Part shown: one piece after another, positions 12,165-24,820 of the stretch | Numbering within the stretch: position 1 is the stretch's first letter | Layout: the number at the start of each line of letters is the position of its first letter | Source of the DNA: Malacoraja senta | Lineage: Eukaryota | Assembly (NCBI GenBank): GCA_038087875.1 | Contig: CM075990.1 | Span: forward strand, 2,544,001 to 2,608,000 | Direction of reading: 5' to 3' | Length of the DNA: 64,000 nt | Position numbers and translations under genes: made by a program | The notes under the pieces: model-generated | What the model saw: only the letters and a program-made list of their open reading frames with translations | What the model was told of the DNA's origin: nothing | The model's database searches: none

Positions 12165-13270
12165 ACTTCTCTTGTCCGCTTTCCCATCGGCCAAAGGGTA
12201 TAGAAGTGTGAAAACGCACACATCCAGATACAGGAACAGATTCTTCCCAGCTTTTGTCAGGCAACTGAACCAGACTACCAAAGTCAAAGTCAATGTTATT
12301 GGTCACATGCAGCAACTAAGGTGCAGTGAAATGAATTTGCCAGCAGCGACACAGTTGAAATAAAGAACACACAATACACAATAGAATTTAGCACAAACAT
12401 CCACCACAGCATTCTTCACTGTGGTGGAAGGCAACAAAGTTCAGTCAGTCCTCCTCCTTGTTCACCCGTGGTCGGTGCCATGAACTCTCCGTAGTCACCA
12501 CTACGGACGGCCGGATGTACAGGCCCTCTCGTCGAGATGATCAAAACTCCAACGTCGGGACGGTCGAACGCACTGCGTGGCTTGGAGCGCCCTAATCGGC
12601 ACTTTCCTACCGGAGACTCCGGCTTCAGGATGTTATAGGCCTCTGGCCGGCGGTCGGAGCTCTTCTCCGGCGATCCTCGTCAAGGGATCCCAGACTCCGG
12701 GTGGTAAGTCCACTCCACGCCTGCGGCTAGAAGCTCCGGCAGACCACAGCCCCATGATGCCAGTCACCAGGCCAGCGATTAGAGCACTCCTTTCTAGCGA
12801 CCCCTGGCAAGGGTTCGCCCGCTCCGCAATGGAAAAGTCCACGCTGTGCCCGCTGCTGCTCTGGGCCCGACTCCGGGAATGGCCGCTCCAATCCGAGCTG
12901 TTAGGCCGCGAGAGGGGAGGCAGAGCAGCGACATGGAAAAAATTGCCTCTCCGTCGAGGAAGTGACTGAAAAACGGTTTCCCCCTTTACTCCCCCACCAC
13001 CCTCCACATAAGGCACACCAAGAGAAACTAAAACAAACACTACCACAACCAGAGAGCAGTCCTGAACTACTATCTATCTCATTGGTGACACTCGGACTCT
13101 CTTTGATCGGACTTTACTGGCTTTACCTTGCACTAAACGTTATTCCCTTATCATGTATCTGTACACTGTAAATGGCTCGATTGTAATCATGTGTTGTCTT
13201 TCCGCTGACTGGTTAGGATGCAACAAAAGCTTTTCACTGTACCTCGGTGCACGTGACAATAAACTAAACT
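12165..13270 (+). mobile_element. Rex1-like LINE 3' fragment split by a GC-rich insertion
   Basis: PSAKGYRSVKTHTSRYRNRFFPAFVRQLN. The 3'UTR resumes at 13039. Confidence 0.7.
12281..13038 (-). mobile_element. GC-rich non-autonomous retroposon
   Basis: Flanked by the direct repeat actacca (12274-12280 and 13039-13045). Has a (tttgac)n tail, internal GC-rich subrepeats and no recognisable protein motif. Confidence 0.65.
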
Positions 13271-13499
13271 GATCCGCTGAGTTACTCCAACTCTTTGTTT
13301 TCTTTCATGGGATACAGGAGGTCTGGTTGTTCAACACTTGACTGAAATCAAACGACAATAATCCTATTTGTCCCAGTTTTAGTCAGTTGACAATGTGAAC
13401 ACATACAAATGTATGTAAGAAGTCCCTATACCACATCCAGCTTGGTTGGGGTATGTTGGGCTGCAGGGCCTGTTTCCATACCGTATAACTCTAAGACCG

Positions 13500-14060
13500 A
13501 CCGGCACGGTGGTGCAGCAGTAGAGTTGCTGCCTTACTGTGCTTGCAGCGCCAGAGACCCGGGTTCGATCCCATCTACGGATGCTGTCTGTATGGAGTTT
13601 GTACGTTCTCCCATGTTTTCTCCGAGATCTTCGTTCCTCCCACACTCCAAAGACGTACAGGTGTGTAGGTAAATTGGCTTGGTGTAAGTGTAAAGGGCCT
13701 GTCTCACGACCTAATTCACGACCTTTTTTACTCGTGGACATTTTTCATCAGGCTAGAAAAAGGCCCCGACCTACTTGATGCCACGAGTACCTACGACTAG
13801 CATCTCGGCCTACCTACGATCTACCCACGACCTACCTACGAACTACCAACGACCTCCTACGACCTCGTGACGACCATGCTGCGAGTATGAGTCAAGGGCA
13901 AACTCGGCAGAGGTCGTAAATTAGGTCGTGAAAGTAGGACCGGCCCTTAAATTGGCCCTCGTGTGTGTAGGATAGTGTTAATGTGCGGTGATCGCTGGTT
14001 GGTACAGGCTCTGGAGACCGAAGGGCCTGTTTCCACGCTGTATCTCTGAACTAAACTAAA
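13500..14060 (+). mobile_element. HE1-type V-SINE interrupted by a MITE
   Basis: Head at about 13502 and tail at about 14055. The SINE is contiguous once 13694-13950 is removed. Confidence 0.85.
13694..13947. mobile_element. PIF/Harbinger-type MITE
   Basis: Termini agggcctgtc...ccggccct with a TAA target-site duplication on both sides. Confidence 0.8.
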
Positions 14061-14371
14061 GGACGTATATGTGTGTATGTGTGTATGTGTGAGTATGTAT
14101 ATATATACGCACATTGAACTTTTATTGCTCGTTTATGATATTGTTTACAGTGTACTATGTTTACACATTCTGTTGTGCTGCTACAAGTAGGAATTTCATT
14201 GTCCTATCTGGGACACATGACAATAAAACACTCTTGACCATTGACGACTATGTACAGCTAGAGATGAGGGAGGGGAAAAAAGACACAAAATGCTGGAGTA
14301 ACTGAATGGGTCAGGCAACTGGTTGGGACCCTTCAGACTCAGATTCTGGGAGAGAGAGAAAGAGAGAGAGA

Positions 14372-17300
14372 AGTGGTGTCTCTCTCAGCTCCGATGGCTG
14401 TGAAGTTGTGAATCAACTACAAAAAGTTTTCGGCGAAGGATAAGGGACAGAGGCAGTGAGAGTTCGAAGTTTGACTTGACGTCGGACTGCAGAAACTTTC
14501 CTTTTCCTAGTGAGGAATTCCGGCGCTTCTCTGGAGTGCCGTGGGAGCAGCAGTGGCTGGCGGATTGTCAATCGTACCTGCAGACTGGGAGTTGGAAAGA
14601 GGCGGTGTTTATGTGGTTTCTATGTGAATGGTAGCGAATGTGAAAGCGAATGGTATGTTGGCTTTCATAGCAAGAGGATTTGAGTATAGGAGCAGGGAGG
14701 TTCTACTGCAGTTGTATAGGGTCTTGGTGAGACCACACCTGGAGTATTGCGTACAGTTTTGGTCTCCAAATCTGAGGAAGGACATTATAGCCATAGAGGG
14801 AGTGCAGAGAAGGTTCACCAGACTGATTCCTGGGATGTCAGGACTTTCATATGAAGAAAGACTGGATAGACTTGGCTTATACTCGCTAGAATTTAGGAGA
14901 TTGAGAGGGGATCTTATAGAAACGTACAAAATTCTTATGGGGTTGGACAGGCTAGATGCAGGAAGATTGTTCCCGATGTTGGGGAAGTCCAGGACAAGGG
15001 GTCACAGCTTAAGGATAAGGGGGAAATCCTTTAAGACCGAGATGAGGAAAAACGTTTTCACACAGAGAGTGGTGAATCTCTGGAACTCTCTGCCACAGAG
15101 GGTAGTTGAGGCCAGTTCATTGGCTATATTTAAGAGGGAGTTAGATGTGGCCCTTGTGGCTAAAGGGATCAGGGGGTATGGAGAGAAGGCAGGTACGGGA
15201 TACTGAGTTGGATGATCAGCCATGATCATATTGAATGGCGGTGCAGGCTCGAATTGCCGAATGGCCTACTCCTGCACCTATTTTCTATGTATCTATGTAT
15301 CTATATGTATCTAGCATCATAACCCTGCTGCCACAAGGTTTTGCCCAGACCGGGTCGCCTGGGCATAAACGAAGAGAAGGTACTATTTGAATCCGGCAGT
15401 TTCTGTAGGCTCGGAGGACCTGGGAAAAGCTTCCCAAAGGCTGCTCTCAGCGGAGAAGTTAAGCGTCGGCCTTTTCCCTTGCTCGGCTGGAGAGAACTGT
15501 TTCTGCTGCTCTTTTAGACGGACTCTGAGATCGCTTTTAGGCTGAGACTGCTGGTGCCTCTGGTGCTGGTTTGTATCCCTGTCAGGATGGCAACGACTCG
15601 AGCTCGGAGCTAAGCAGCTGCGGTTTCGGCAGCTTCCTCTTGAGGAGGAGCCTTATGTTGACTTGGGGGGGATCACATACGGGATCATGGTCCAAACCGG
15701 ATACCGGTGGACCAAGGAGGCAATAGAAACGGGTCTGTACGAACTTTTTCAGAAGAACGTGATTGCCTCTTCCGTGGATGGAGGTGTGAATCTATTTTAA
15801 AGTCACAGCAGGAGGTGGCACTAGCTCTGGAGAAGGGGCTCACAGTGGGTGGGATCTTTGTACCAGTGGAACCGTTCTCCTGCGCTGCATTCCCACTTTC
15901 ATCCGGGATGCATTCCTTCTTCCACACCTGGCAAAGATTGAAGAGGTGCGGTCTAGGCTGCCTAGACTCATGCAGCCCTGACGTGACCCGCGTCTTAAAG
16001 GCATCCTGAGCTTTAAGAGGTGGGTGTTTATGAATGTGGGGTCGGGGTCGGGCGTGCAGGGGAGCTTTCTCGTTGAGGGGACCCCCTACCGCGTGCGTTG
16101 GAGTTGGGGGTATCCATGGTGTCATGCGTGCAAGGAGGTTGGACACTCCCGCAGGGATTGTCCCAATCGCCAGGCTGCTGCGAGAAATCCCAACGCAGCA
16201 ACCCAGGAAAGCACTGCTGGCCCATCCGGGGCTGCGGGCTCCACCTCTGTAACCCGGGGCGGCACTCCCCCCCCGTCCCCCACGTCCTGTACCTGCGTTT
16301 TCTGACCCTGTTGAGCTGCGGGGATGCGTGAATGCCAGCAGGTTTTCTCGGCTGCATCGTCCGCCAGGATTAACTGGAGTAAGTGTTCTGGGCTTTTAGT
16401 GGGCCAGCGGCAGGTGGACTCCCTGCCGGGGGAGATGACATCGTGTGTGTGGAGCACCACGCTCCACCTCTACCTGGCGGTCTACCTGAGTCCCACTGGG
16501 GATGCTTGGCCGGCGAACTGGCTGGAGCTGGAGACGAACGTCGTCGTCCGGCTGGGACGTTGGTCAGGCCTGCTTAGAGTTCTTTCCTTCCAGGGGAGGG
16601 TACTGGGCATAAACCAGCTGGTGGCCTCCATGTTGTGGTACCGGCTGGCCACTCTTGTCCCCCCCACCCCTCTATCTTTGTAACCACGATAATGAAGAGG
16701 CTAGTGGGTTTCTCTTGGGGAGATAGGAAGCAGCGGTCCTGAGTCTCCCGTTAGAGGAGGGCGGCCAGTCCTTGGTATGCGTGCGTACCCAGGTGGTGGC
16801 TCTCTGTCTCAGGACTCTGCGGAGGTACGTGTACGCGGACACCCTCCTAGATTGCACGCTCTGGCCACGTATTTTTTCCTAAGGGGGGCTTCGCGGCTCC
16901 CGGTGGCAGGCATCAGTCGGTGGCGTGATGTGTTAAGAGTGAGGAATCTGGTCATCTTCAGCCAGCACGTTGCTCCTCGGGGGGAGGGGGGTTGTTGTGG
17001 CTGCGAGGGGGGGCCAGTCCTCACCCTGTCACGGCGGGTGTCGAGGAGAGGCGTGCGCTCGGAGTGATTCTGACCGAGCTTACCCCCGATCCGCTGGAAT
17101 TGCTCATCGGGCCCAGGCTCCGGAATATTTCCCGGGAGCCGGCCCCACACAACATGAGCCGCCTTTCCGAGATGCCCAGCGTGCCGTTCCGTGACGCGGA
17201 GAGACGTGTACTGTACAGGATGCTACTGCACATGCTTCACCTCCTCGCCTTCCTCTTCCGTCCGGTCACGCCACGGCGGTCCGTGTTACCACCAGACGGC

Positions 17301-17905
17301 GGGGGGGCGGTCCCCAGTGGAGGTCTCTCTACAAGGGAGACCGCCCCCTTTACATCGGGGACCAGGGGTGGAGAGTGTTGCACAGAGCGGTGGTGTGTAA
17401 TAAACCTTTGAGTCGGTTCACGGGCTCGCCAGCCGCCTGTAACTTCAGCGGCGAGGAAGAGACCGTGTACCACGTGTATATGGAGTGTGAGAGGTTGCTG
17501 CCCCAGTACAAATATTTGAAGGGGCTGCTCCCGGTTGCATTTTAGTCCCACGATCCTGGTGTTTGGGCACAGGGCAGGGAGTGGGGTGGGATCGTCCTGT
17601 CGGTTTGCTCCTGGGCATGTCCAAGATGGCCATTCGTGGGACCAGGCAGCGGGCAGTCGATGGTCACACCAGAGTCGGCTGCCTGCCCCTCTACATCCAT
17701 GCCCGCGTGTCCCTGGAGAGGGAACACGCGGTGTCCACGGGGACTCTGGAGGCCGTCCGTGAATGCTGGTCACCGCGGGGGGGGTAGAGAACATTATGGA
17801 TAAGGATTGTATCATTGTACTATAATGCCTGCTTGATGTATTGTGACATTTGAACATTGATGCACCTTTGGTACACTGTAATATTCAATTAGTGAATAAA
17901 GCCCT
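14372..17905 (+). mobile_element. Tx1-clade (L1-like) non-LTR retrotransposon, internally deleted and decayed
   Basis: ORF1 remnant LKSQQEVALALEKGLTVGGIFVPVEP and CCHC knuckle CHACKEVGHSRRDC. ORF2 remnants SSARINWSKCSGL, LSFQGRVLGINQLVASMLWY and EETVYHVYMEC. aataaa at about 17895. The 5' boundary is inferred. Confidence 0.8.
14643..15310 (+). mobile_element. Young CR1 LINE 3' fragment
   Basis: Open ORF KANGMLAFIARGFEY...GEKAGTGY*; (ctatgtat)n tail. Confidence 0.95.
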
Positions 17906-18309
17906 TGGAATGGAAAAGGGGGAGGGAGAGACAGAGAGAGGGAGAGAGAGGAGACAGGTGTGTTGGAACAGGCAAATCTGGGGGTGACAAAGGCATGATT
18001 TAGGGTTTTAGCAGCAGATGAGCAGGGGTCAAGTGGTCATTGTACATGCTGACACATGATGGATGGCTTCTTGCACCCAAGGTACGCAGACAGACGCAGC
18101 TGTGGGAATCTTCCCCCACCCTGTAGAAGATCAGTGTCTCTAGGTGTGGTGAACAGGGAAGCAAATGGCAAAGATAATAAACTTAGAAAAATGGCATCAT
18201 TTCAAAACAGCGCTTGCCCTGAATTCTTACAAGAGATTTGCGTGTGATATTCATGGTGGAATTGAACAGCCTGAAGCTTACTGCACGGACACTCAAACCT
18301 ACATGGCAA

Positions 18310-18640
18310 CACAACGGTGGCAAGATGGTGCAGCGATGGAGTTGAAGCCTTACAGCGCTTGCTGCGCCAGAGACCCGGGTTCAATCCTGACTACTGGTGC
18401 TGTCTGTACAGAGTTTGTACGTTCTCCCCGTGACCTGTGTGGGTTTTCTCCGCGATATTCGGTTTCCTCCCACATTCCACCGATGTAGAGGTTTGTAGGT
18501 TAATTGGCTGCGTATCAATGTAAAATTGTCCCTAGTGTGTGTAGGATGGTGTTAGTCTGCGGGGATCACTGGGCGGTGCGGACTCGGTGGGCCGAAGGGC
18601 CTGTTTCGCGCTGTATCTCTAAACTAGAACTAACCTAAAC
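18310..18640 (+). mobile_element. HE1-type V-SINE
   Basis: Head, V-domain and tail. Confidence 0.85.
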
Positions 18641-18647
18641 ACAAATG

Positions 18648-18882
18648 AATACACACAGACGCACACTCACACTCACACTCGCATGCACACACATGCACAT
18701 ACACTCACGCACACACACTCACATGCACACACACACACATGCACATACACACACCTCACATGCACACACATGCACACTTACATGCACATTAACACACACA
18801 CATGCACACTCACACTCACATGCACACACTCACACTCACACTCACACTCACACTCAGTCACACACACTCACACACACTCTCT
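18648..18882. repeat. Imperfect (CA)n / (CACACT)n microsatellite
   Basis: Seen directly in the sequence. Confidence 0.95.
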
Positions 18883-18899
18883 GTCTCCTGGAGTGCTGT

Positions 18900-19990
18900 C
18901 CTCTTGCCCAAAAAATTCATTTTTAAATTAACCTCCTAATAGACCTCATCTGCCCACAGAGAGCCTATTAACTAAAGATCTGTTTTCATCCAGAATTGAG
19001 TGTGCAGAAGGGGAGGAGAGCTGTTCTCAAAAGCAAAATGAACTGAGAGCAGGAACACAAAAAGAGCCATAAATGGCAACAAAGGATTTTCATTATCCGT
19101 AGTTAATTATCTCGAGAGGCTCACTGCCCCTTTTTGAGGCAAAGAATTAGAAGCCCTTAATTGCTTTCTCGGCCAATCCTTGATTCCAATGATCAGGCTG
19201 ATTCTATTTAATTTAACTGCCACCGATGAAATAAATTGACTGTCCCACCTGCCTGGAAGCAGGAGAGAAAGTCTCAAAATTGGCAAATTTAGTGCTTGCA
19301 AATTAATGAAAATCAACAGCGTTTTCTCACGATTGCAAATGATGCTGGCCCGGAGGTGTGTGTTTACAGGGGGAGGAGTAGCGAAGGCAACACAGGCTGA
19401 GCCAAGCTTGTCGTAAGGGCAGGGGAGAGGAGTGACCCCATCAAGACGGCGAATGGGCCAGGGGATGGGGCAAGCTTTGCTGATTTCCAATCCATTAGGA
19501 AATGTATATCAGGGACGGGGAGAGAGGAGAAACAAAACACAGCAAAAACTCCTGCGTTTTGCATGTCAAGGTGGACTGTGTTTAGTAATTAGGAGATTGT
19601 TACTTCATCTCAGTCTATGTGTGCTGAGGTGCATTTTGCTGCACGCCCTGACATAATGAATGGGGAAATTGATATGCTTTCCAAAAATACTGCAGCTTAG
19701 TAGAGACAGCGAGCAATTTATCAGATGTTTAATGCGTTTGTGCGATTCCTTTTTCTGCTTTTTTAAGCAGTGTTATCTGAACTCACTTATATTGGTAGTT
19801 AACATCCACGTTGCAATAACAGTAAAAAGCAAAACCACTCAAATCTTTCTCGCGTTTATCGACTAATTTTGCCAGCCATTATTTCCTCACTAATTATTTT
19901 AATTTTATGTTGTTTTCACTAATATCTGGAAGATTTTTTCGCCGCTGCTCCTAAATGCTGATTTTCCTTAATGACACACAACAGAATACG
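18900..19990. promoter_or_regulatory. Candidate conserved non-coding element or enhancer
   Basis: About 1.1 kb with no recognisable repeat. Dense homeodomain-like cores (gttaattat, cttaattg, tttaatttaa, aaattaatg, gtaattag, ctaattat). Confidence 0.4.
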
Positions 19991-20014
19991 TTAAATGGGT
20001 TGGTAGTGTTTTTT

Positions 20015-20283
20015 TAGTTTCGAGCACCAGGCCCTTTGTCCCTCCGAGTCGGCACTGGCCAGTGATCCGATCATCGCACATTAACACCACCCTACACACA
20101 CGAGAGACAATTTTGCATTTATACCAAAAAGCCAATTAATTACTTTGGAGTGTGGGAGGAAACCGAAGATCTCGGAGAAAACCCACGCAGGTACAAACTC
20201 CGTACAGACAGCACCCGTAGTCAGGATCGACCCGGGTCTCTTGTGCTGTGCAGGAACTCTACCGCTGCACCACCATGCTGCCC
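20015..20283 (-). mobile_element. HE1-type V-SINE, decayed
   Basis: V-domain and head remnants. Confidence 0.75.
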
Positions 20284-20573
20284 TATTCTTGGCCTGTTTG
20301 ATACCCTTTATGCTTCATGTTTGTCATATACAAATCCAACCTTTTTGTTTCATGTTCCACGAAATCTTTATGGTGGTATATTTCATTCCTGACATGCTCT
20401 GAGTCAATACTAATTTAACAATTATCTCCTCAGCTTTGCGGATTTTGACATAGATGTTAAAATATTTAAATGTGTCGGAAGGAGCTTCAGATGCAGGTTT
20501 AAACCGAAGATAGACACAAAAAGCTGGAGTAACTCAGCGGGACAGGCAGCATCTCTGGAGACAAGGAATGGGC

Positions 20574-20601
20574 GACGTTTCGGGTCGAGACCCTTCTTCA
20601 G
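20574..20601 (-). ncRNA. Minimal hammerhead-ribozyme-like core, Penelope-associated
   Basis: Minus strand reads CUGAAGA-A-GGGU(CUCG)ACCC-GAAAC-GUC. Confidence 0.6.
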
Positions 20602-20751
20602 ACTGATGGTCAAGGGGAAAGGGAAAAGAGAGATATAGATGGTGATATAGAGAGATATAGAACAAATGAATGAAAGAAATGCAAAAGAGTGGCGATGATA
20701 AAGAAACAAGGCAATGTTTGCTGTGGGCTAGGTGAAAATGAGTTACAGACA

Positions 20752-21762
20752 ATGCTGGGACCCCAGCTATTTACAATTTATATTAATGATCTGGACGAGG
20801 GAATTGAAAGCAACATCTCCAAGTTTGCGGATGACACTAAGCTGGGGGGCAGTGTTAGCTGTGAGGAGGATGCTAGGAGACTGCAAGGTGACTTGGATAG
20901 GCTGGGTGAGTGGGCAAATGTTTGGCAGATGCAGTATAATGTGGATAAATGTGAGGTTATCCACTTTGGTAGCAAAAACGGGAAGGCAGACTATTATCTA
21001 AATGGTGGCCGATTAGGAAATGGGGAGATGCAGCGAGACCTGGGTGTCATGGTACACCAGTCATTGAAAGTAGGCATGCAGGTGCAGCAGGCAGTGAAGA
21101 AAGCGAATGGTATGTTGGCCTTCATAGCAAGAGGATTTGAGTATAGGAGCAGGGAGGTTCTACTGCAGTTGTACAGGGTCTTGGTGAGACCACACCTGGA
21201 GTATTGCGTACAGTTTTGGTCTCCAAATCTGAGGAAGGACATTATAGCCATAGAGGGAGTGCAGAGAAGGTTCACCAGACTGATTCCTGGGATGTCAGGA
21301 CTTTCATATGAAGAAAGACTGGATAGACTTGGCTTATACTCGCTAGAATTTAGGAGATTGAGAGGGGATCTTATAGAAACGTACAAAATTCTTATGGGGT
21401 TGGACAGGCTAGATGCAGGAAGATTGTTCCCGATGTTGGGGAAGTCCAGGACAAGGGGTCACAGCTTAAGGATAAGGGGGAAATCCTTTAAGACCGAGAT
21501 GAGGAAAAACTTTTTCACACAGAGAGTGGTGAATCTCTGGAACTCTCTGCCACAGAGGGTAGTTGAGGCCAGTTCATTGGCTATATTTAAGAGGGAATTA
21601 GATGTGGCCCTTGTGGCTAAAGGGATCAGGGGGTATGGAGAGAAGGCAGGTACGGGATACTGAGTTGGATGATCAGCCATGATCGTATTGAATGGCGGTG
21701 CAGGCTCGAAGGGCCGAATGGCCTACTCCTGCACCTATTTTCTATGTATCTATGTATCTATG
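20752..21762 (+). mobile_element. Young CR1 LINE, 5'-truncated, with open RT ORF to 21663
   Basis: LGPQLFTIYINDL, SKFADDTKL through to GEKAGTGY*; (ctatgtat)n tail. Confidence 0.95.
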
Positions 21763-22554
21763 AAACTCAGCAAGATGACCTTGAAGCTAGTGCAATGACT
21801 TGGGTGGGGGAGGGAAGGAGAGAGAAGGCTTGCAAGGGTTACTTGAAGTTAGAGAAATCAATTTTCATACCGCTGGGGTGTAAGCTGGCCAAGCAAGATA
21901 CGAGGTGCTGTTCCTCCAATATGCGCTGGGCCTCACTCTGACAGTGGAGGAGGCCCAAGACAGAAAGGTCAGTGTGAGAATGGAAGGGGATTAAAGTGTT
22001 TGGCAACTGGAAGATCAGGTAGGCCAAGCAGACTGAGCGGAGGTGTTCAGCGAAACGATCGCCCAGTCTAGGTTTGATCTCACCAACGTATACGAGTCCA
22101 CACCTTGAACAACAGATACAGTAGATGTAAACATCACGTTTGAATTGCATCTTGTAAATTCGGATTTACAGCAAAATCTTGTGCCTGCTTTACCATTCAA
22201 TAAGTTCCCAGCTAATCTCTTACCCCAATGCCACTTCACAGTACTAACCCCATATCTCAAAATCACCAATATCTTTGTCAATATCTGTCAATAATGAGAA
22301 AACAATTAGCTTTAATGCATTGCAGTGGACTGTAATTTAACATGGTTACATTCAAGCATTGTTATATAGACACATGTAGATCATAGAAAGAAAAGTTCCA
22401 AACCGAAACATCACCTATCCATGTTCTCCAGAGAAGCTGCCTGACCTGCTGAGTTACTCCACAACTTGGTGTCCTATTACATAGGACATATTATTCACCC
22501 TTAATGTCTGAACGTGTATGAAGTTACATTTTAAGTAACTTCACCTCATACTTT

Positions 22555-22932
22555 TCGGAGCTCCCGCAACGGCAACTTCTCCCGCCGGAATCGCGGTGTT
22601 TAAATGACTCGGAGCGGGGCCTAACATCGCCCGGCGCGGCTTAATGGCCGCGGGACTTACCATCGCCCGCCGGGGGCTTTAACATCGTGAGCCCCAGTCA
22701 CCTCAACGTTGCAGTTGGACTGCTGGACCGCGAGAGAAGAACAAAGGAAAGAGATAACACTTTGCCTTCCATCACAGTGAGGAGGTGTTGGAGATTCACT
22801 GTGATGGATGTTTATGTAAATTGTGTTAAGTGTGGGTCTTGTTTTTTTTTGTAATGTTAAGACTGTAGGAATGCAATTTCGTTCAAGCCAAGCTGTTTGA
22901 ATGACAATAAAAGGCATTCTATTCTATTCTAC
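22555..22932 (+). mobile_element. GC-rich non-autonomous retroposon, 3' part
   Basis: GC-rich body, stem-loop tccatcacagtga...tcactgtgatgga, then gacaataaa and (attct)n tail. Confidence 0.55.
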
Positions 22933-23484
22933 TTCCCTCCCCTTCCTCTACCCTAGTTGTTTTACCAGTTCCGCAGTTCTCCATATTGTTTCTCTTGAGA
23001 CCACACTTTTCCCAGCCAACAATGGACCTACCTGGCAGAGGACCTATCCCTGCCTGCCTGAGTTCATTTGTGGCTGACCTTGTTTGGTCCTGGTCTTTTC
23101 TCGCCTCCAGCTCTTCACCTCCCACCCCCCGCCCTCCCACCCCCAATCCCCTACAAAGACGTACAGGTTTGTAGGTTAATTGCCTTTGGTAAAATTGTAA
23201 ATTGTCCCTAGTGTATGTAGGATAGTGTTGGTGTGCGGGGATCGCTGGTCGGTGCGGACTTGTTGGGCCAAAGGTCCTGTTTCCACGTTGTATCTCCAAA
23301 CTAATCTCAGTGGGTCAGGCAACATCTCTGGAGAAAAAGGATGGGTGACGTCTGAAGAAGGGTCCCAACCCAAAACATCACCCACCCTTTTCTCCATAGA
23401 TGCTGCCTGACCCGTTGAGTTACTCCAGAACGTTATGCTTATCTTTGGTACAAGCCAGCATCTGCAGTTCTTTGTTCAACAGGT

Positions 23485-23990
23485 TGTTCAAAGGTTCAAA
23501 GGTTCAAAGGTTCTTTATTAGCCACATACACCATAGGTGTAGTGAAATGCTTATTGCCAATGCAGCACATAAAAAAAGAATACAGACATAACAATAATAA
23601 AGAAATTTAAACATAAAAAACATCCCCCCACAATGGTTCCCATTATGAGGGAAGACACAATGTCCAGTCCCCATCCCCATGTCCACCCATAGTCGGGCCT
23701 ATTTTGGCCTCTGCAGTCGCCTTTACGGAGGCCCGATGTTCCAGGCCCTTCTCGCCGGATGATGGTGCTCCGGCGTCGGGAGAATCCTCAAGCGGCTTGG
23801 GAAACCTGGAACGGCCGCCTCCATACCGGAGACCGCGGCTTTCGAAGCCGACAGGCCGCGCTGGATGGAGCTCCACCACTGCCGATCTCGGCGAGAGATC
23901 CCAGGCTCCCGATGTAAAGTTCAGCACCGCTCCACAGAGCCGCAGCTCCGCGATGTCTCAGCTCACCGGAGTTCCAGCGCGGCAACCCGG
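23485..23990 (-). mobile_element. GC-rich non-autonomous retroposon, related subfamily
   Basis: (tttgaacc)n tail, stem-loop and GC-rich body resembling 12281-13038. Confidence 0.55.
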
Positions 23991-24039
23991 GCAACACATC
24001 CCACAGGCAGTACTACAGACCAGCATTGTTGCAACTTTT

Positions 24040-24362
24040 CCTTAGCATTAGGTTGATTTAGTTTCTTTTTTAACAATTATAATGCACTTTGACTTTTGAC
24101 CCCAGGAGATCACTTTCCATTTGGACTGAGATAACTCAGAATGAGACAAACTCAATGGGCTTCCCAAGGGAAGGTTCATCACTGCCTTGGGATCATCTGT
24201 GTGCCAGCAAACATTGATTTCCTCAACCAATAAATCGTCCCCTGTTAATTGACCATCGTAATCAGAGTAAGATTGCTCAGACAGAATTTGACAAAGGGCT
24301 CTTCTGTCTCAGTAATGACAGAGGTGTCATCAGGCAAGAGAGATCTGCTACTTCCCTGCTGT
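24040..24362. promoter_or_regulatory. Candidate conserved non-coding element
   Basis: Unique island containing gttaattgac, cgtaatcag and attgattt motifs. Inference only. Confidence 0.25.
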
Positions 24363-24365
24363 TAT

Positions 24366-24820
24366 CAGACATAGAAACATAGAAACATAGAAAATAGGTG
24401 CAGGAGGAGGCCATTTGGCCCTTCGAGCCAGCACCGCCATTCATTGTGATCATGGCTGATCGTCCCCTTTCAATATCCCGTGCCTGCCTTCTCCCCATAT
24501 CCCTTGGTCTCAGTTCAGTGGTCTCAGTTCTCAGTTCTATAAAATTATAAAAGGACTGGACAAGCTAGATGCAGGAGATGCAGCCCCTAGAGCTCTATCT
24601 AACTCTCTCTTAAATCCATCCAGTGACCTGGCCTCCACTGCCCTCTGTGGCAGGGAATTCCATAAATTCACAACTCTCTGGGTGAAAACGTTTTTTCTCA
24701 CCTCAGTCTTCAATGGCTTCCCATTTATTCTAAGACTGTGGCCCCTGGTTCTGGACTCACCCCACATTGGGAACATTTTTCCTGCATCTAGCTTGTCCGG
24801 TCCTTTTATAATTTTATACA
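24366..24820 (-). mobile_element. CR1 LINE 3' fragment with an inverted templated insert
   Basis: YKIIKGPDKLDAGKMFPMWGESRTRGHSLRI and (ctatgttt)n tail. Confidence 0.88.

Larger units (their letters stand above)
20470..22140 (-). mobile_element. Penelope-like element 3' region (GIY-YIG remnant plus terminal repeat), split by a CR1
   Basis: ORF 21839-22150: IYCICCSRCGLVYVGEIKPRLGDRFAEHLRSV...LHPSGMKIDFSNFK*. The downstream UTR continues at 20752-20470. Confidence 0.8.

Noticed and set aside
12560..12960. CpG-island host promoter (also 41415-41830 and 63650-64000)
   Set aside because: The CpG-rich stretches are copies of a dispersed repeat family.
18645..18931. His/Thr-rich ORFs
   Set aside because: Artefact of the (CA)n microsatellite.
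20689..21663. 324-aa ORF as a functional or domesticated RT gene
   Set aside because: It is a 5'-truncated CR1 lacking the endonuclease and N-terminal RT motifs. Its start codon comes by chance from flanking Penelope-like sequence. The same applies to 11150-12223, 14628-15206 and 27834-28604.
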